Source: Bacillota bacterium (lineage in GTDB: Bacteria > Bacillota > DTU030 > DUMP01). Taken from it: a stretch of 40,000 bases of DNA. Below, in pieces: positions 29,006 through 39,662 of this stretch. Position 1 is the stretch's first letter. Each line of letters begins with the position of its first letter. The position numbers were made by a program, and so were the translations under genes. The DNA lies in NCBI GenBank assembly GCA_012837285.1, contig DURJ01000075.1, positions 10,023 to 50,022 on the forward strand, given 5' to 3'. The notes beneath the pieces were generated by a model that saw only the letters and a list, made by a program, of their open reading frames with translations, did no database searches and was not told the DNA's origin.

Positions 29006-29040
29006 CAAACCGGCTCCTCCTCGCTCTGGGCCTATTTCCC

Positions 29041-29397
29041 TCACGGTAAACCGGCTATCCGCACCAGAACCTGGCGGGTTCGCGGTCCGTCAAATTCGCA
29101 AAAGTAGACGCCCTGCCAGCGCCCCAAGGACAAGGCCCCGTCATTAACAAGCAGAGTTACTGTTGAGCCCACTAAGGTTGCCTTAATGTGAGCCGCGCTG
29201 TTTCCCTCCCCATGCAGATAATCGCCTAAGCGAGGTACCAATCGGGAGAGGGTGGTTTCGATGTCGCGGGCCACTGCTCGGTCGTAACTCTCGTTTACAG
29301 TCACTCCAGCCGTGGTATGGGGCACATAGACGTAACAGACGCCATCGGTAATCCCGCTCTCCTTTACGAGCTCGGTCAGCTCAGCCGTAATATCCAC
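29041..29397 (-). CDS. YjbQ/UPF0047 family protein (secondary thiamine-phosphate synthase family)
   Basis: 118 aa; [72 protein letters not shown]. Confidence 0.92.
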   Translation of the reverse strand: MDITAELTELVKESGITDGVCYVYVPHTTAGVTVNESYDRAVARDIETTLSRLVPRLGDYLHGEGNSAAHIKATLVGSTVTLLVNDGALSLGRWQGVYFCEFDGPRTRQVLVRIAGLP

Positions 29398-29510
29398 AAA
29401 TTCACTGGTGGATTTGGTGTGAACAGTCAGCGTCTTAAACAGCTGTTACCGCCTCCTCACCTCATTCTTGCGCCTGTTAGTATTCCACGCCACCGAATGG
29501 TATTCCTTCC

Positions 29511-30215
29511 CTATCCAGTTACGCTGTTCACAAAGTTCGGTAGATCGGCCATATACCCGGTTCGGGTCGCAGCCGGTTCCTTACGCCCGGGAATTAGATA
29601 ATCCTGCACCAAGAACGTACTGATCCCCAATTCGTCGGCCACCAGATCCTCCCCTACATCATTGCCGATCATCCAGCACTCGGCCGGTTTTCGGCCCAGC
29701 ATCCTTAGAATCTCTTTATAATACTGTCGTCTAGGCTTACAAAAATGCATATTCTCGTAAGAAGTTATCAGCGTAAACTCGGTGTCCCCAAATCCGCCCC
29801 AGTGCAGCCGCTCCCGTATAGCCTGCAATGGGAACACCGGGTTAGTGGCTACCACCACCTCCAGTCCTCGCTCCAACGCCAGTTTCACTGCTTCTTGGGC
29901 CCCGGGGCTTTGGACTTCTTCCCCAGCCAACTGGGGGAAAACATGATCATAAAAAGAATCAAATAACGGCAAAACTTCCTCCGCTGCTAAACCTGAGCGT
30001 GCGGTAAAATCTTGTTCAAATACGTCCTTATTGGCCAGCTTGGGATCAAGATTGTTTATCATGGCTGCTGTTGATTCCATAATTTTTTGGATAAGAACTT
30101 CCGGCTCGATAAAACGAGCTGCGTGTCTCCCTAAAGCCTTAAAGTACTGGGGTAAAAAAGCCGCCATGTCCAGCTTTATTAGGGTGCCGTCAAGATCAAA
30201 TAATAAGCTTTTCAC
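29511..30215 (-). CDS. HAD-superfamily hydrolase
   Basis: ORF 29511-30266; likely GTG start at 30215. SLLFDLDGTLIKLD, VVVATNPVFPL, KPAECWMIGNDVGEDLVADELG. Confidence 0.88.
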   Translation of the reverse strand: MKSLLFDLDGTLIKLDMAAFLPQYFKALGRHAARFIEPEVLIQKIMESTAAMINNLDPKLANKDVFEQDFTARSGLAAEEVLPLFDSFYDHVFPQLAGEEVQSPGAQEAVKLALERGLEVVVATNPVFPLQAIRERLHWGGFGDTEFTLITSYENMHFCKPRRQYYKEILRMLGRKPAECWMIGNDVGEDLVADELGISTFLVQDYLIPGRKEPAATRTGYMADLPNFVNSVTG

Positions 30216-30225
30216 TTGGCGTCCC

Positions 30226-30606
30226 CTAGTCACTATCCGATCGCACTCCTTCCCCGCCTTGATCACGTTGCAGCAGAGTTAGATCCTTGAGCACTTCCCC
30301 CAATATCTTCTGCACATCAGCCAGCTGGCGACCAAAGCGCTCTTCTGCTGCCAAGTATTCCCGAATCTGTTCATCTACCACCAAAGCTTCCATCATTTGC
30401 CCCAGTGCCCTAATAGTTTCCGCCGCTATTTTCTCCCCAGCCAGCTCTCTTGCCGTCAGCTCTAGCTGTCTCTTCCGTACCTCTTGCAATTTTTCCCACT
30501 TCCCCGGTTGTTGCGCCAAAGCCTTTTCCGCCTGCAGCAAGCGTTGGAAACTCTGTGAGTTCCGTAAGCTTCGCGCTAAAGCGTAAGCTTGATCGTACAC
30601 TTCCAT
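30226..30606 (-). CDS. YlbF/YmcA (DUF964) family protein
   Basis: ORF 30226-30654; likely start ATG 30606. MEVYDQAYALARSLRNSQSFQRLLQAEKAL...VVDEQIREYLAAEERFGRQLADVQKILGEVL. Confidence 0.8.
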   Translation of the reverse strand: MEVYDQAYALARSLRNSQSFQRLLQAEKALAQQPGKWEKLQEVRKRQLELTARELAGEKIAAETIRALGQMMEALVVDEQIREYLAAEERFGRQLADVQKILGEVLKDLTLLQRDQGGEGVRSDSD

Positions 30607-30708
30607 CGCCAATTCACACCCCTCATTATGTTTTTCGGCCTTTTGCTTCGACAACTAAAGACCTCGGAGCATACAATAAACTATAAATCGTACAAAGGAG
30701 GCCCTGCC

Positions 30709-31446
30709 ATGGCTATCTACGTGGTACAGCCAGGCGATACCTTATGGAGTATAGCTCGTCTGTTCGGTGTGTCGGAACAAGAGATCATGACTGCTAGCAA
30801 CCTTACCAGCAGTGAGATTTTCCCCGGCCAAGAGCTGGTAATTATTGCAGTGGAAGAACCAACAGTACCAACACCTCCCACTGTTCCAGCCCCTCCCGGT
30901 GTGACTGTTCATGTGGTTCAGCGAGGTGAAACATTATTTAGTATCGCCCGCCGTTACGGCATCTCTCTGGACGATCTCGTACGAGCCAACCCTGGCCTGG
31001 TCTATCCGGGCCTGCGCCTGCGAATCCCAGAAGCTGCTGTTCCGGTTACGCCGCCGGAAGAAAAACGCGAAACAGAGTGTTTCCGGCTCACCTTGTCCAC
31101 CGATCGCACCTCTTATACCCGTGGTACGCCCGTGACGATGAAACTCACTAAGACCAATACCTGTCGCCGAACTCAAACCCTCACCTATCTAACCGGGCAA
31201 CGATACGAGTTTGAAATCAGACAGGATAACCGCCTCATCTGGCGTTGGTCCGATGGTCGCGCTTTCAGCCAAGCTGTGCAGCGCATCCACGCTCGGCCCG
31301 GAGAGACGATGATCTTTACCGAACAATGGCCTCAAGTAGACAGCGCGGGCCGTCGGGTAGAGCCTGGACGCTATCGGGTCGTAGCCTGGAACACAGCCCG
31401 TGAATTGCGCGAAGAAGTGATTACCATCTACGTTGAGATCCGTTAA
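30709..31446 (+). CDS. Double-LysM protein with C-terminal BsuPI-type intracellular proteinase inhibitor domain
   Basis: ORF 30589-31446; real start ATG 30709 after AAAGGAGG. Two LysM repeats (IYVVQPGDTLWSIARLFGV; VHVVQRGETLFSIARRYGI), then FRLTLSTDRTSYTRGTPVTMKLT...GQRYEFEIRQDNRLIWRWSDGRAF. Confidence 0.85.
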   Translation: MAIYVVQPGDTLWSIARLFGVSEQEIMTASNLTSSEIFPGQELVIIAVEEPTVPTPPTVPAPPGVTVHVVQRGETLFSIARRYGISLDDLVRANPGLVYPGLRLRIPEAAVPVTPPEEKRETECFRLTLSTDRTSYTRGTPVTMKLTKTNTCRRTQTLTYLTGQRYEFEIRQDNRLIWRWSDGRAFSQAVQRIHARPGETMIFTEQWPQVDSAGRRVEPGRYRVVAWNTARELREEVITIYVEIR

Positions 31447-32516
31447 AGCGCAAATTCAATTTCAGTCCGCACGCTCGCTTCCGGCTCTTGCTTAAGCTGC
31501 TCTCGCAGGGCCACATAGGCCCGTTGGCCGCCGTGTCGGCCCAAGCTCCAGGCCGCTGCTGCTCGCACAGAGGTCCGCCGATCCTTAAGGCACTGAATTA
31601 AGATCGGAACCACCTGTCGGCGGTCGCTGTTGCCTAATGCCAGCACGGCATTTCGCTGCAGTACAGTCCGCCCCCGCCAGGCAGCGCTGCTGGTACCGTA
31701 CTCCTTTTGAAACTCCTCCTCTGTGAAGGCCAAGAATCTTATCAAATCCACCGTCACCCCTTCCTGGGGTGACTTTTCTATCAGCGGACAAGCCCGTACA
31801 CAGGTGTCACAGCCGTAGAGACGGTTGCCCAGAAGCGGTCGCAGTTCGGCTGGCATAAGCTCTTTCGCCTGGGTCCAATAGGACAAACAGCGCCGATAGT
31901 CCAGCCGGTATGGAACCGACAGTGCTGCTGTCGGGCAAGCATCGCGGCAGCGCCCACATTTTAGGCAGGAGGTGCTCAATGGTTGGTCTGGAGCCAGAGG
32001 TGCATTAGTCGCCAAGCCACCCAAAAAAAAGGCCGGTCCGGTTTGAGGCCGGATTATGAAGCTGTTTTCCCCCCAGACACCCAGCCCGGCGCGATAAGCC
32101 AAAGCTCTCTCCAGTAAAGGCCCGGTATCGACAAACACTGCCACTCTGGTTCCCGGAACCGTTTCCTGCAAGAAGTGGCCCAGCGCCCTCAATTTCTCTA
32201 ATAAGGCATCATGGTAGTCATTCCCGCAAGTACCGGCAGCCCAGTATCCTCTTAGCTCTCCACTTACCTTGGGGCCGCCGGCCGGGACTTTAAACGGTAA
32301 GCCTACCATCACCAATGATTCCGCCTCCGGCCAGACCAGATTCGGATTAGTTCGCCGCTCAATATCGCCGGTGGTAAATGGGATTCGGCATCCGCTTGTA
32401 TTGATCTGTTCCAAAACAGTTCGCGCTTTTGGTAAAGGTGCCGCCGAAGTAATCCCCACCGGAGCTAACCCTAACACCTTGGCCTTGTCTTTGAGACACT
32501 GGCTTAGATTATTCAC
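31443..32516 (-). CDS. queG: Epoxyqueuosine reductase
   Basis: 357 aa; GYHD-like [72 protein letters not shown]; C-terminal HEAT-like repeats. Confidence 0.88.
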   Translation of the reverse strand: MNNLSQCLKDKAKVLGLAPVGITSAAPLPKARTVLEQINTSGCRIPFTTGDIERRTNPNLVWPEAESLVMVGLPFKVPAGGPKVSGELRGYWAAGTCGNDYHDALLEKLRALGHFLQETVPGTRVAVFVDTGPLLERALAYRAGLGVWGENSFIIRPQTGPAFFLGGLATNAPLAPDQPLSTSCLKCGRCRDACPTAALSVPYRLDYRRCLSYWTQAKELMPAELRPLLGNRLYGCDTCVRACPLIEKSPQEGVTVDLIRFLAFTEEEFQKEYGTSSAAWRGRTVLQRNAVLALGNSDRRQVVPILIQCLKDRRTSVRAAAAWSLGRHGGQRAYVALREQLKQEPEASVRTEIEFAL

Positions 32517-34107
32517 TGTTTATGTTCGCTCCACCGCCCGGGCCGGCGGCTAGAATATCCGGCGGAACCCTAAACTTAGTCATATTCTGGGTGAAGAGCG
32601 CTGCTAACTGTGTGGCCGCTTGTTGGTACTTGTCCTTGTTATCCCACTTCACAGCCGGATCCAGGATCTCAGACGGAACACCGGGACAACTGGCAGGAAT
32701 TAGCACCTGGAACACTGGATGGGGCCGGTAAGCAACGTTTTTCAAACTGCCGTCAATGGCCGCTCTAACCATAGCCCGGGTGTAACTCAGATTCATACGC
32801 TCACCTACTCCGTATGGTCCTCCTGACCAACCTGTATTAATGAGAAAAACAGCAGTATTATGCTTGACAATTCGATCTGCCAGCAGCTGTGCGTAAACAG
32901 TGGGCGGCAGCGGTAAAAACGGAGCTCCGAAACAGGTGGAGAAAGTCGCTTGCGGCTCGGTGATGCCCCGTTCTGTACCGGCTAGTTTGCTCGTATAGCC
33001 GGAAATAAAGTGGTACATGGCTTGCTCCTTGGTTAGTTTAGCCACCGGTGGTAACACTCCAAAAGCATCGGCTGTCAGAAAAATTACCGTCTGCGGCTGC
33101 CCGCCGGTCCCCTTGACCACGGCCCCTGGAATATGCTCCAAGGGATAGGCGGCTCGAGTGTTTTCGGTTAAGCTGTCGTCGTCATAGTTCGCTTCCCGGG
33201 TATTCGGATCTAGTACCACGTTTTCCAACACGGCACCAAAGCGAATGGCATCCCAGATCTGGGGTTCATGCTTCCGAGAAAGCCTAATGGTTTTGGCATA
33301 GCAGCCGCCTTCAAAATTAAAGATGCCGTGGTCAGACCAACCATGTTCGTCATCACCGATGAGAAAGCGCTCTGTATCGGCTGACAGGGTGGTTTTTCCG
33401 GTTCCGGATAACCCAAAGAACAAGGCTACGTCACCGGCTCGGCCGACATTAGCAGAGCAATGCATAGGCAAAACACCACGCAAAGGAAGAAGATAGTTCA
33501 TCACTGTAAACACTGCTTTCTTAATTTCGCCGGCATATGAAGTCCCACCGATTACCACCAACTGCTGCTCAAAATCGAGCATAATAACCGCTTCAGAATT
33601 GGTACCGTCTACAGACGGCTGAGACTGAAACCCGGGGACAGCGATAATGGTAAACTCTGGGTTATGGTCCGCAAGCTCCGCCGCTACCGGCCGCCGAAAT
33701 AGCTGGTGCGCAAATAGATTCTGCCAGGCCAGTTCGTTAATCACCCTGATGGGGAGCCGGTAAGATGGATCAGCGCCGGCAAAGCCGTCGAAGATAAACA
33801 GTTCCTTATCCTGCAGGTAGACCTTTAGCCGCTGATACAAGGCCTCAAATTGTTCCGGGATCACTTTCTTATTGTTTTGCCACCAGATACGATCATGGAT
33901 CGACTCCCTATCCACCAGAAATTTGTCATCGGGTGACCGTCCTGTGTACTTGCCGGTGGCGACTCTCAAGGCACCGGTAGCAGTCAATACTCCTTCGTCG
34001 CGCTGCACAGCCATCTCCACTAATTTGGCTACCGGTAGATTACGATATGCTGTCTTACTAATTCCGGGCAATACAGGCTGAATATGGTTAAATGCCATGG
34101 CCACCAT
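32509..34107 (-). CDS. pckA: Phosphoenolpyruvate carboxykinase (ATP)
   Basis: 532 aa; [73 protein letters not shown]. Confidence 0.97.
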   Translation of the reverse strand: MVAMAFNHIQPVLPGISKTAYRNLPVAKLVEMAVQRDEGVLTATGALRVATGKYTGRSPDDKFLVDRESIHDRIWWQNNKKVIPEQFEALYQRLKVYLQDKELFIFDGFAGADPSYRLPIRVINELAWQNLFAHQLFRRPVAAELADHNPEFTIIAVPGFQSQPSVDGTNSEAVIMLDFEQQLVVIGGTSYAGEIKKAVFTVMNYLLPLRGVLPMHCSANVGRAGDVALFFGLSGTGKTTLSADTERFLIGDDEHGWSDHGIFNFEGGCYAKTIRLSRKHEPQIWDAIRFGAVLENVVLDPNTREANYDDDSLTENTRAAYPLEHIPGAVVKGTGGQPQTVIFLTADAFGVLPPVAKLTKEQAMYHFISGYTSKLAGTERGITEPQATFSTCFGAPFLPLPPTVYAQLLADRIVKHNTAVFLINTGWSGGPYGVGERMNLSYTRAMVRAAIDGSLKNVAYRPHPVFQVLIPASCPGVPSEILDPAVKWDNKDKYQQAATQLAALFTQNMTKFRVPPDILAAGPGGGANINSE

Positions 34108-34115
34108 CCTCTCTG

Positions 34116-34685
34116 CTAAGCGTACGGCAATTGGTTGGAATCAATCATCTCGGTCAAGATCTCTTGGTATACCTGCAGGTCCTTAGAAGAAAACAGAACG
34201 AACCGCACCTCATCTAATGCCTCCGGTTGCTGAGCCACAAATTCCTTGACCGCAGCCAAAGCTATGGCCGCCGCTTCCCGCAAAGGAAATCTGTAGGCAC
34301 CGGTACTGATGGACGGAAATGCCAACGAGCGAATTCCGTTCTCCTGAGCCAAACACAGACTGTTGCGATACGCCTGACTTAAAAGCTCCGCTTCGTTTTC
34401 ACCGCCTCCACGCCAAATCGGCCCCACGGTATGGATCACATAACGAGCGGCTAAATTACCGCCGCCAGTTATCACCGCCTGGCCGGTAGGGCAACCCCCT
34501 TGACGGGCCCGAATCGCCAGACACTCTTCATGGAGCGCCGGGCCGGCAGCTCGGTGAATAGCCCCGTCGACTCCCCCGCCGCCTAACAAACTGCTGTTGG
34601 CTGCATTAACAATAGCTTCCGTCGTCTGCTCGGTAATATCCCCCTGTAGTAACACTAACTTTGTCTGCTCAAAAATGGTTTCCAA
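34116..34685 (-). CDS. Macro domain protein (O-acetyl-ADP-ribose deacetylase-like)
   Basis: 189 aa; [66 protein letters not shown]. Confidence 0.93.
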   Translation of the reverse strand: METIFEQTKLVLLQGDITEQTTEAIVNAANSSLLGGGGVDGAIHRAAGPALHEECLAIRARQGGCPTGQAVITGGGNLAARYVIHTVGPIWRGGGENEAELLSQAYRNSLCLAQENGIRSLAFPSISTGAYRFPLREAAAIALAAVKEFVAQQPEALDEVRFVLFSSKDLQVYQEILTEMIDSNQLPYA

Positions 34686-34701
34686 TTCTTTTCCTCCTTG
34701 G

Positions 34702-35868
34702 TCAATATTTCTCGGTCGCCGCTACTCTTACTGCCTGGGCAACACGAGTTGCCACCTCAGGCTCAAACGCATCAGGAAGACAAAACTCCGGCGAGACTCT
34801 GGCGCCCACCATGTCGGCCAATGCCTGCGCTGCCGCCAACTTCATCGCATCTGTAATTTGTACTGCCCGGGCGTCGAAGGTACCCCGAAAAACCCCAGGG
34901 AAAGCCAACACATTATTAACTTGGTTGGGATAATCCGATCTCCCTGTACCCACTACCGCTGCACCGGCAGCTTGAGCTTCCTCCGGGAAGATCTCCGGTA
35001 CGGGATTCGCTAAGGCAAATACCACCGGTTTCCGGGCCATGGATGCCACCATCTGGCTATTGACTGTACCTGGTGCCGAAACGCCGATAAATACGTCTCG
35101 CCCAGGCATGGCCGCAGACAAATCGCCCCTGATACCTTCCCGGTTAGTCTCACAGGCTAATTCTTCCTTCACAGCATTGTTTGTCGGTCGGCTGGCATAA
35201 ATAACTCCCATTCGGTCACACAAAACCACATCTCCTGCTCCGGCCAGAGTGAGCAAACGGGCAATGGCAATGCCTGCCGCTCCGGCCCCGTTAATGATAA
35301 TCGCAGCTTCCTCTAACTCCTTACCCACGACTTTAAGCGCATTGATCAAGCCTGCCAGCACCACAATGGCCGTTCCGTGCTGGTCGTCATGAAACACCGG
35401 GATCGAAAGTTCGGTCCTTAGTCGTTCTTCAATGGTAAAACACCGTGGGGCACTAATATCCTCTAGATTAATACCCCCAAATGCCGGTGCAATAAGCTTA
35501 ACCGTCTCTACGATAGCATCCTCATCTTGAGTGGCCAAACAAATAGGCACTGCGTCCACCTGGCCAAAGGCCTTAAACAATACTGCCTTGCCTTCCATCA
35601 CCGGCAGCGACGCCTCCGGTCCAATGTTACCTAACCCCAGTACAGCACTGCCGTCAGTTACTATCGCCACCAGATTACCTTTGGCAGTGTAGTTGTATAC
35701 TTCCTCCGGCCGGGCAGCAATAACCCGGCACGGTTCCGCCACGCCCGGTGTATATGCCAGCCCTAAATCATCTTTATTACGAAGCGGAACCTTGCTTTCA
35801 ATCCTAATTTTACCACGATTTTTCTTATGTAACACCAGGGCACGGGTGTTAATGTCCACCGAAGTCAC
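34702..35868 (-). CDS. NAD(P)-dependent malic enzyme
   Basis: 388 aa; [78 protein letters not shown]. Confidence 0.96.
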   Translation of the reverse strand: MTSVDINTRALVLHKKNRGKIRIESKVPLRNKDDLGLAYTPGVAEPCRVIAARPEEVYNYTAKGNLVAIVTDGSAVLGLGNIGPEASLPVMEGKAVLFKAFGQVDAVPICLATQDEDAIVETVKLIAPAFGGINLEDISAPRCFTIEERLRTELSIPVFHDDQHGTAIVVLAGLINALKVVGKELEEAAIIINGAGAAGIAIARLLTLAGAGDVVLCDRMGVIYASRPTNNAVKEELACETNREGIRGDLSAAMPGRDVFIGVSAPGTVNSQMVASMARKPVVFALANPVPEIFPEEAQAAGAAVVGTGRSDYPNQVNNVLAFPGVFRGTFDARAVQITDAMKLAAAQALADMVGARVSPEFCLPDAFEPEVATRVAQAVRVAATEKY

Positions 35869-36069
35869 CCTCTTTTCTTCCGTCTATTCCCATCAGTTAT
35901 GATTCCTGGTCCCACATTCTTTTTCCTGCTTTCCAGACCCACTATCGTCTTTACTCCTGCGCTTTTTGTTATTATATACCTTAATGCTCGTAAGAACATC
36001 GGTTATAATGATGTTAGCTCAAAGTAGGACCAGATACAAGATATAGCCAAGAAAGGAGCTTAGATCATA

Positions 36070-36663
36070 ATGCTCTCTCAGCGGCTGCCCCCTGACTTTT
36101 ACGCTCGTTCAGCCCTGGAAGTAGCGCCCGACCTACTGGGAAAACTTCTCGTCCACGTTACCGTCGAAGGCATAGTCTCCGGCTACATTACTGAAGCCGA
36201 GGCCTATATGGGGCCTGAAGACAAAGCCGCTCACACCTATGGTGGCAAAAAGACAAAGCGCACCCAGGCCATGTTCGGGCCACCTGGACACGCTTACATA
36301 TATCTCATATATGGCATGTACTATTGTTTTAACGTAGTCGTAGCTACCGAAGGACAACCGCAAGCGGTGCTGGTTCGAGCCTTAGAACCCAAAGACGGCA
36401 TAAATCTTATGTTAACCCGGCGCCGGTTCAAACAAGACCTTACACCAAAGAAATTATACCAACTTACCAATGGCCCCGGCAAATTGTGCCAGGCTTTGGG
36501 CATTAGCAAAGAGCAATATGGCTATGATCTAACCGGTAATAAACTATTTATTACTCCCGGTATCCCGGTAGCACCGGAAAACATCTGTACCAAACCACGT
36601 GTTAACGTGGATTACGCCGGAGAATGGGCTCAGCTTCCCTGGCGTTTTGTCTGGAAGCCATGA
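36070..36663 (+). CDS. mpg: 3-methyladenine DNA glycosylase (AAG/MPG family)
   Basis: 197 aa; LEVAPDLLGKLLVH, ITEAEAYMGPEDKAAHTYGGKKTKRTQAMFGPPGHAYIYLIYGMYYCFNVV, AVLVRALEP, NGPGKLCQALGI. Confidence 0.95.
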   Translation: MLSQRLPPDFYARSALEVAPDLLGKLLVHVTVEGIVSGYITEAEAYMGPEDKAAHTYGGKKTKRTQAMFGPPGHAYIYLIYGMYYCFNVVVATEGQPQAVLVRALEPKDGINLMLTRRRFKQDLTPKKLYQLTNGPGKLCQALGISKEQYGYDLTGNKLFITPGIPVAPENICTKPRVNVDYAGEWAQLPWRFVWKP

Positions 36664-37349
36664 TATGGTTGGCAACCTTGCACCACAACAAGCGACACCG
36701 TAGATACCCCCCCTCGTGCCTTACCAGCCACCGACTAGTCTCTCTTATCTTAGCTGCCAGATACATTAAGGACAAAACAGATTTGTACTTAGCCGACAGC
36801 CTTTGACTTTCATTCTCAAGTGCACGGAGAGTTTTATACTGCTTTACCGTACCCTCAAATATGATACTCCTTTTCTGTATCCTGAGGAAATCCATGGGCT
36901 TGGTCAGCTCCGGAACACCTGGCCAAAGCCCTGTTCTTCCCAGTATATAAGCTACAAATTGGGAGCAAAAAAATCGATCTTTCGGCGTTAATCTTATGCC
37001 AAGCATATAGCCTAGCAAGCCCGCTATATTATAACGATACATTTCCTGCCGACGCAAAAACAATTCCACTGACTCAAGCATGGTTTGGTATTGTTCTTCG
37101 GTAACCGTAATCTCCAGGACCAAGCACCTGGCATTGGGAAAAACCGCAAACAGCCCACGATTGAAATTCTCTTCGATAAAGCCGTTGTTGAGCACGTTGA
37201 AACGGTGCTTCCGGCCGAAAGAATACATTACATCCAACGAGGGGTCAAAAGCAATGGAAGCATGATTATACTGATCATGCGTGTAGTGACGAATAATCGT
37301 GGATACTATGGTACCTGTTTGGGTCAGTACAACATAAACGTTCTTCAGA
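36602..37349 (-). CDS. YycO/YiiX-like permuted NlpC/P60-papain superfamily protein, start uncertain
   Basis: ORF track gives 36602-37237, but the frame continues upstream as LKNVYVVLTQTGTIVSTIIRHYTHDQYNHASIAFDPSLDVMYSFGRKHRFN... until a TGA near 37356. HAS and FCSQFVAYIL resemble family catalytic motifs. No standard start codon is obvious; CTG near 37349 is the boundary used here. Confidence 0.55.
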
Positions 37350-37550
37350 ACACATCACCTGCTCTAGAACGAATGGGCCGTTTGCTACGAACAACCGGAA
37401 AGAACATCCCAATACAAGTACAATACTACACCACATTACTTCCGCTGCCAATACGTCTACGAATAGAATTGTTCATGCGATCAAAACAACACATTCAACA
37501 TGGCACGATAGGCTCACCTTGATGTCTTGACTGTAATTTGGTATTTTTTT

Positions 37551-37650
37551 GTTCTCGGAGACAGGTCGAGCATGGTTGTTATGGTATTATCCGTTCTCGG
37601 AAACATTTCCACAGTATAATTCGGTTCTAATCCGTTCTCGGAAACAAGTC
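37551..37650. repeat. Three short direct repeats GTTCTCGGRRACA spaced 42 and 41 bp
   Basis: Copies start at 37551 (GTTCTCGGAGACAGGTC), 37593 (CCGTTCTCGGAAACATTTC) and 37634 (CCGTTCTCGGAAACAAGTC). Confidence 0.7.
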
Positions 37651-37886
37651 AATATATAAACCGCCAGTATTTCATAACAGGTCTATGTTCGTACCGTCTT
37701 TGATACAATGCAAATAAGCGATTCTTGCACTATTGCCGGTTGGCAAAGAGGCAGAAACCGCTTGATTTAAGGGCTTTCTGCTGTCATAGGCTGGCTGCGG
37801 AAGGCCTTTCTTTCGTTTGTAGATTATGCTTTGCAAGGGTATCTGCCTTGCTACTGACTCCATCACTATGGTCTTTGCACCCCCTC

Positions 37887-38636
37887 TTAGTCGGCAACCG
37901 AGGAACTGTAAATCTGCTTTGTCGATGTTACGTACGTTCTGCTTTCATCATGCAGGAGGTGGTGTTTATATTTATCGCTTGAGTTTGCCTGATTTATGAG
38001 CGTCTCTACATAGTCAAGCAAATCGTCTTTCAGCTTTTGGCGTTCTGGCTTGTCAACATACCATACCGATTTCTGACCATGTCCAACACCATTATTGCGT
38101 GCTGAGTGCAGCAACTGTTTAACACGGTCATTCCGATCAATCAGAATCGCATTTTCCACGTTGCAGACAATGTTATATTCGGCAAAGACGCTTTGCCCAT
38201 TAATTTCAATTACTCGTGTGCTTCTATCATCATTCACAGGTTCAGCGTAGACACGAGCGTGCTGATAAAAACCACAGACTATCCGACCCTCTGATTCACG
38301 GGAACAAGTGAAGACTACAAAAACATCATCAATGTAGTCTCCAAGTGCATCGTGGTTACTTGCATTCGATATTCAGGGCAGATTAATTTTCCCGTAAGGT
38401 GGTGTATATCCATAACACTTTCCGTTGTCATGCCGGAGGTTAAAAATCTCGTGGCCATATCCATTTTGCTCGACAAATCTACCACCACCCTTGAGATTTG
38501 CCTCAAGACCGTTGTATTCATCCATTTCGGTAAGGTTGATGAACACAATCTTGCTGCGGTTAATGCTTATGTTCTGCATCGGCATTCTCCTTTTTGAATT
38601 ATATGTAACTTTTCTATATGTGCAGGAACAAGTCAA
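37887..38636 (-). pseudogene. Accessory protein of unknown function interrupted by an in-frame TGA (38373-38375)
   Basis: The 87-aa ORF (38373-38636) and 116-aa ORF (37887-38237) are in the same frame, and the segment between them (ISNASNHDALGDYIDDVFVVFTCSRESEGRIVCGFYQHARVYAEPV) is stop-free apart from the single TGA. Confidence 0.7.
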
Positions 38637-38663
38637 TATTATCTCGCATGGTAAGTGACAAAT

Positions 38664-39497
38664 TCAATTTGCATTTAACCCGAATGCTCTGCTCCCTAAA
38701 GTCTCTTTCCACCAAGATTCGCGTTCTAAGATAATATGCTTGTCCACGCGAGCGTTGTAATACTCCAAGATTGCGTATTGAAGGTTTTGCTTAACATAAT
38801 CAAACCCGGAATCTTCAACTATTTCTTTGAGTAGCTTGTTACCTCCATGACCATTGACTACATAGTTTGACCAGCGCTGCAGAAGCATACCATTTTCACC
38901 ATATGCCGAACCGACATACTGTTTTCCGCTGCACTTGTCGGTAATAAGATAGACAGCTTTTTGTTTTTCCAAAGCTGCAACCCAATCCTTCTTATGATTA
39001 TGTACTATGGTTGAGAGCTGTTCATAAGATAATCGAACCTTGTCGTATCCCGGAAAATCTACCCCATCAAATATACTTGGTAAGATTTGCTCGACTACCA
39101 ATTCGTCTATAATATTTTTTGCATAAACAACTTGAGTTTGATGTGTTTTTCGGTATTTTACTATAACACGCCCGAAATAAGGCATATAGTCTAACAATTC
39201 TTCGCCTTCGTAATTTACTCCGTCGTTTACCCCCAGCTCCCGTGTAACCCTTTTTATAGTTGAAAGAAGCCAAGTATTCCATGACAGCTGGAAAAGGCAA
39301 AGCGCAATCTCTCCAACATTGAAGTACCGACGCTTTGCTCTCCAAAACAGCCAAATAGTATTTACATCATCGGGATTGCGGAGATAGGCTTCCATAGGCT
39401 CTATCTCACCATTATATTGATTGAATTTAACCTTTGCTCTATCTAAATCCGATTGATTTAGATGTAGTAAGTCGTTTAATAACAATGGTTTCTGCAT
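38664..39497 (-). CDS. GIY-YIG nuclease-like protein with a long N-terminal extension
   Basis: ORF 38664-39542; likely start ATG 39497 after GGGAGGAG. C-terminal KAVYLITDKCSGKQYVGSAYGENGMLLQRWSNYVVNGHGGNKLLKEI...LQYAILEYYNARVDKHIILERESWWKETLGSRAFGLNAN. Confidence 0.75.
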   Translation of the reverse strand: MQKPLLLNDLLHLNQSDLDRAKVKFNQYNGEIEPMEAYLRNPDDVNTIWLFWRAKRRYFNVGEIALCLFQLSWNTWLLSTIKRVTRELGVNDGVNYEGEELLDYMPYFGRVIVKYRKTHQTQVVYAKNIIDELVVEQILPSIFDGVDFPGYDKVRLSYEQLSTIVHNHKKDWVAALEKQKAVYLITDKCSGKQYVGSAYGENGMLLQRWSNYVVNGHGGNKLLKEIVEDSGFDYVKQNLQYAILEYYNARVDKHIILERESWWKETLGSRAFGLNAN

Positions 39498-39662
39498 GAT
39501 TTCTCCTCCCAACAAGGAAATCGTACTTGCTATTCGTTGCATAAAATGAACAAAGCTTCTAATTTCAACATAATTTAAATTTCACCCCCATTTTCAATAC
39601 CAAAAATGTTATATTTCTTATTGATAACCTCACTCGCATCATCTGTAAATAAATCAGTTGTG

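Noticed and set aside
37085-37522. 145-aa plus-strand ORF
   Set aside because: It overlaps the better supported minus-strand papain-like ORF, and its translation resembles no family.
37551-37650. Possible mini CRISPR array
   Set aside because: Only three copies with a conserved core of about 13 bp, degenerate in the first copy, and no cas genes nearby. Too short for a CRISPR call; kept only as a repeat.
38373-38375. Selenocysteine recoding of the in-frame TGA
   Set aside because: The flanking residues do not resemble a redox-active motif, and a CGA (Arg) to TGA transition is simpler. I did not identify a bacterial SECIS hairpin.
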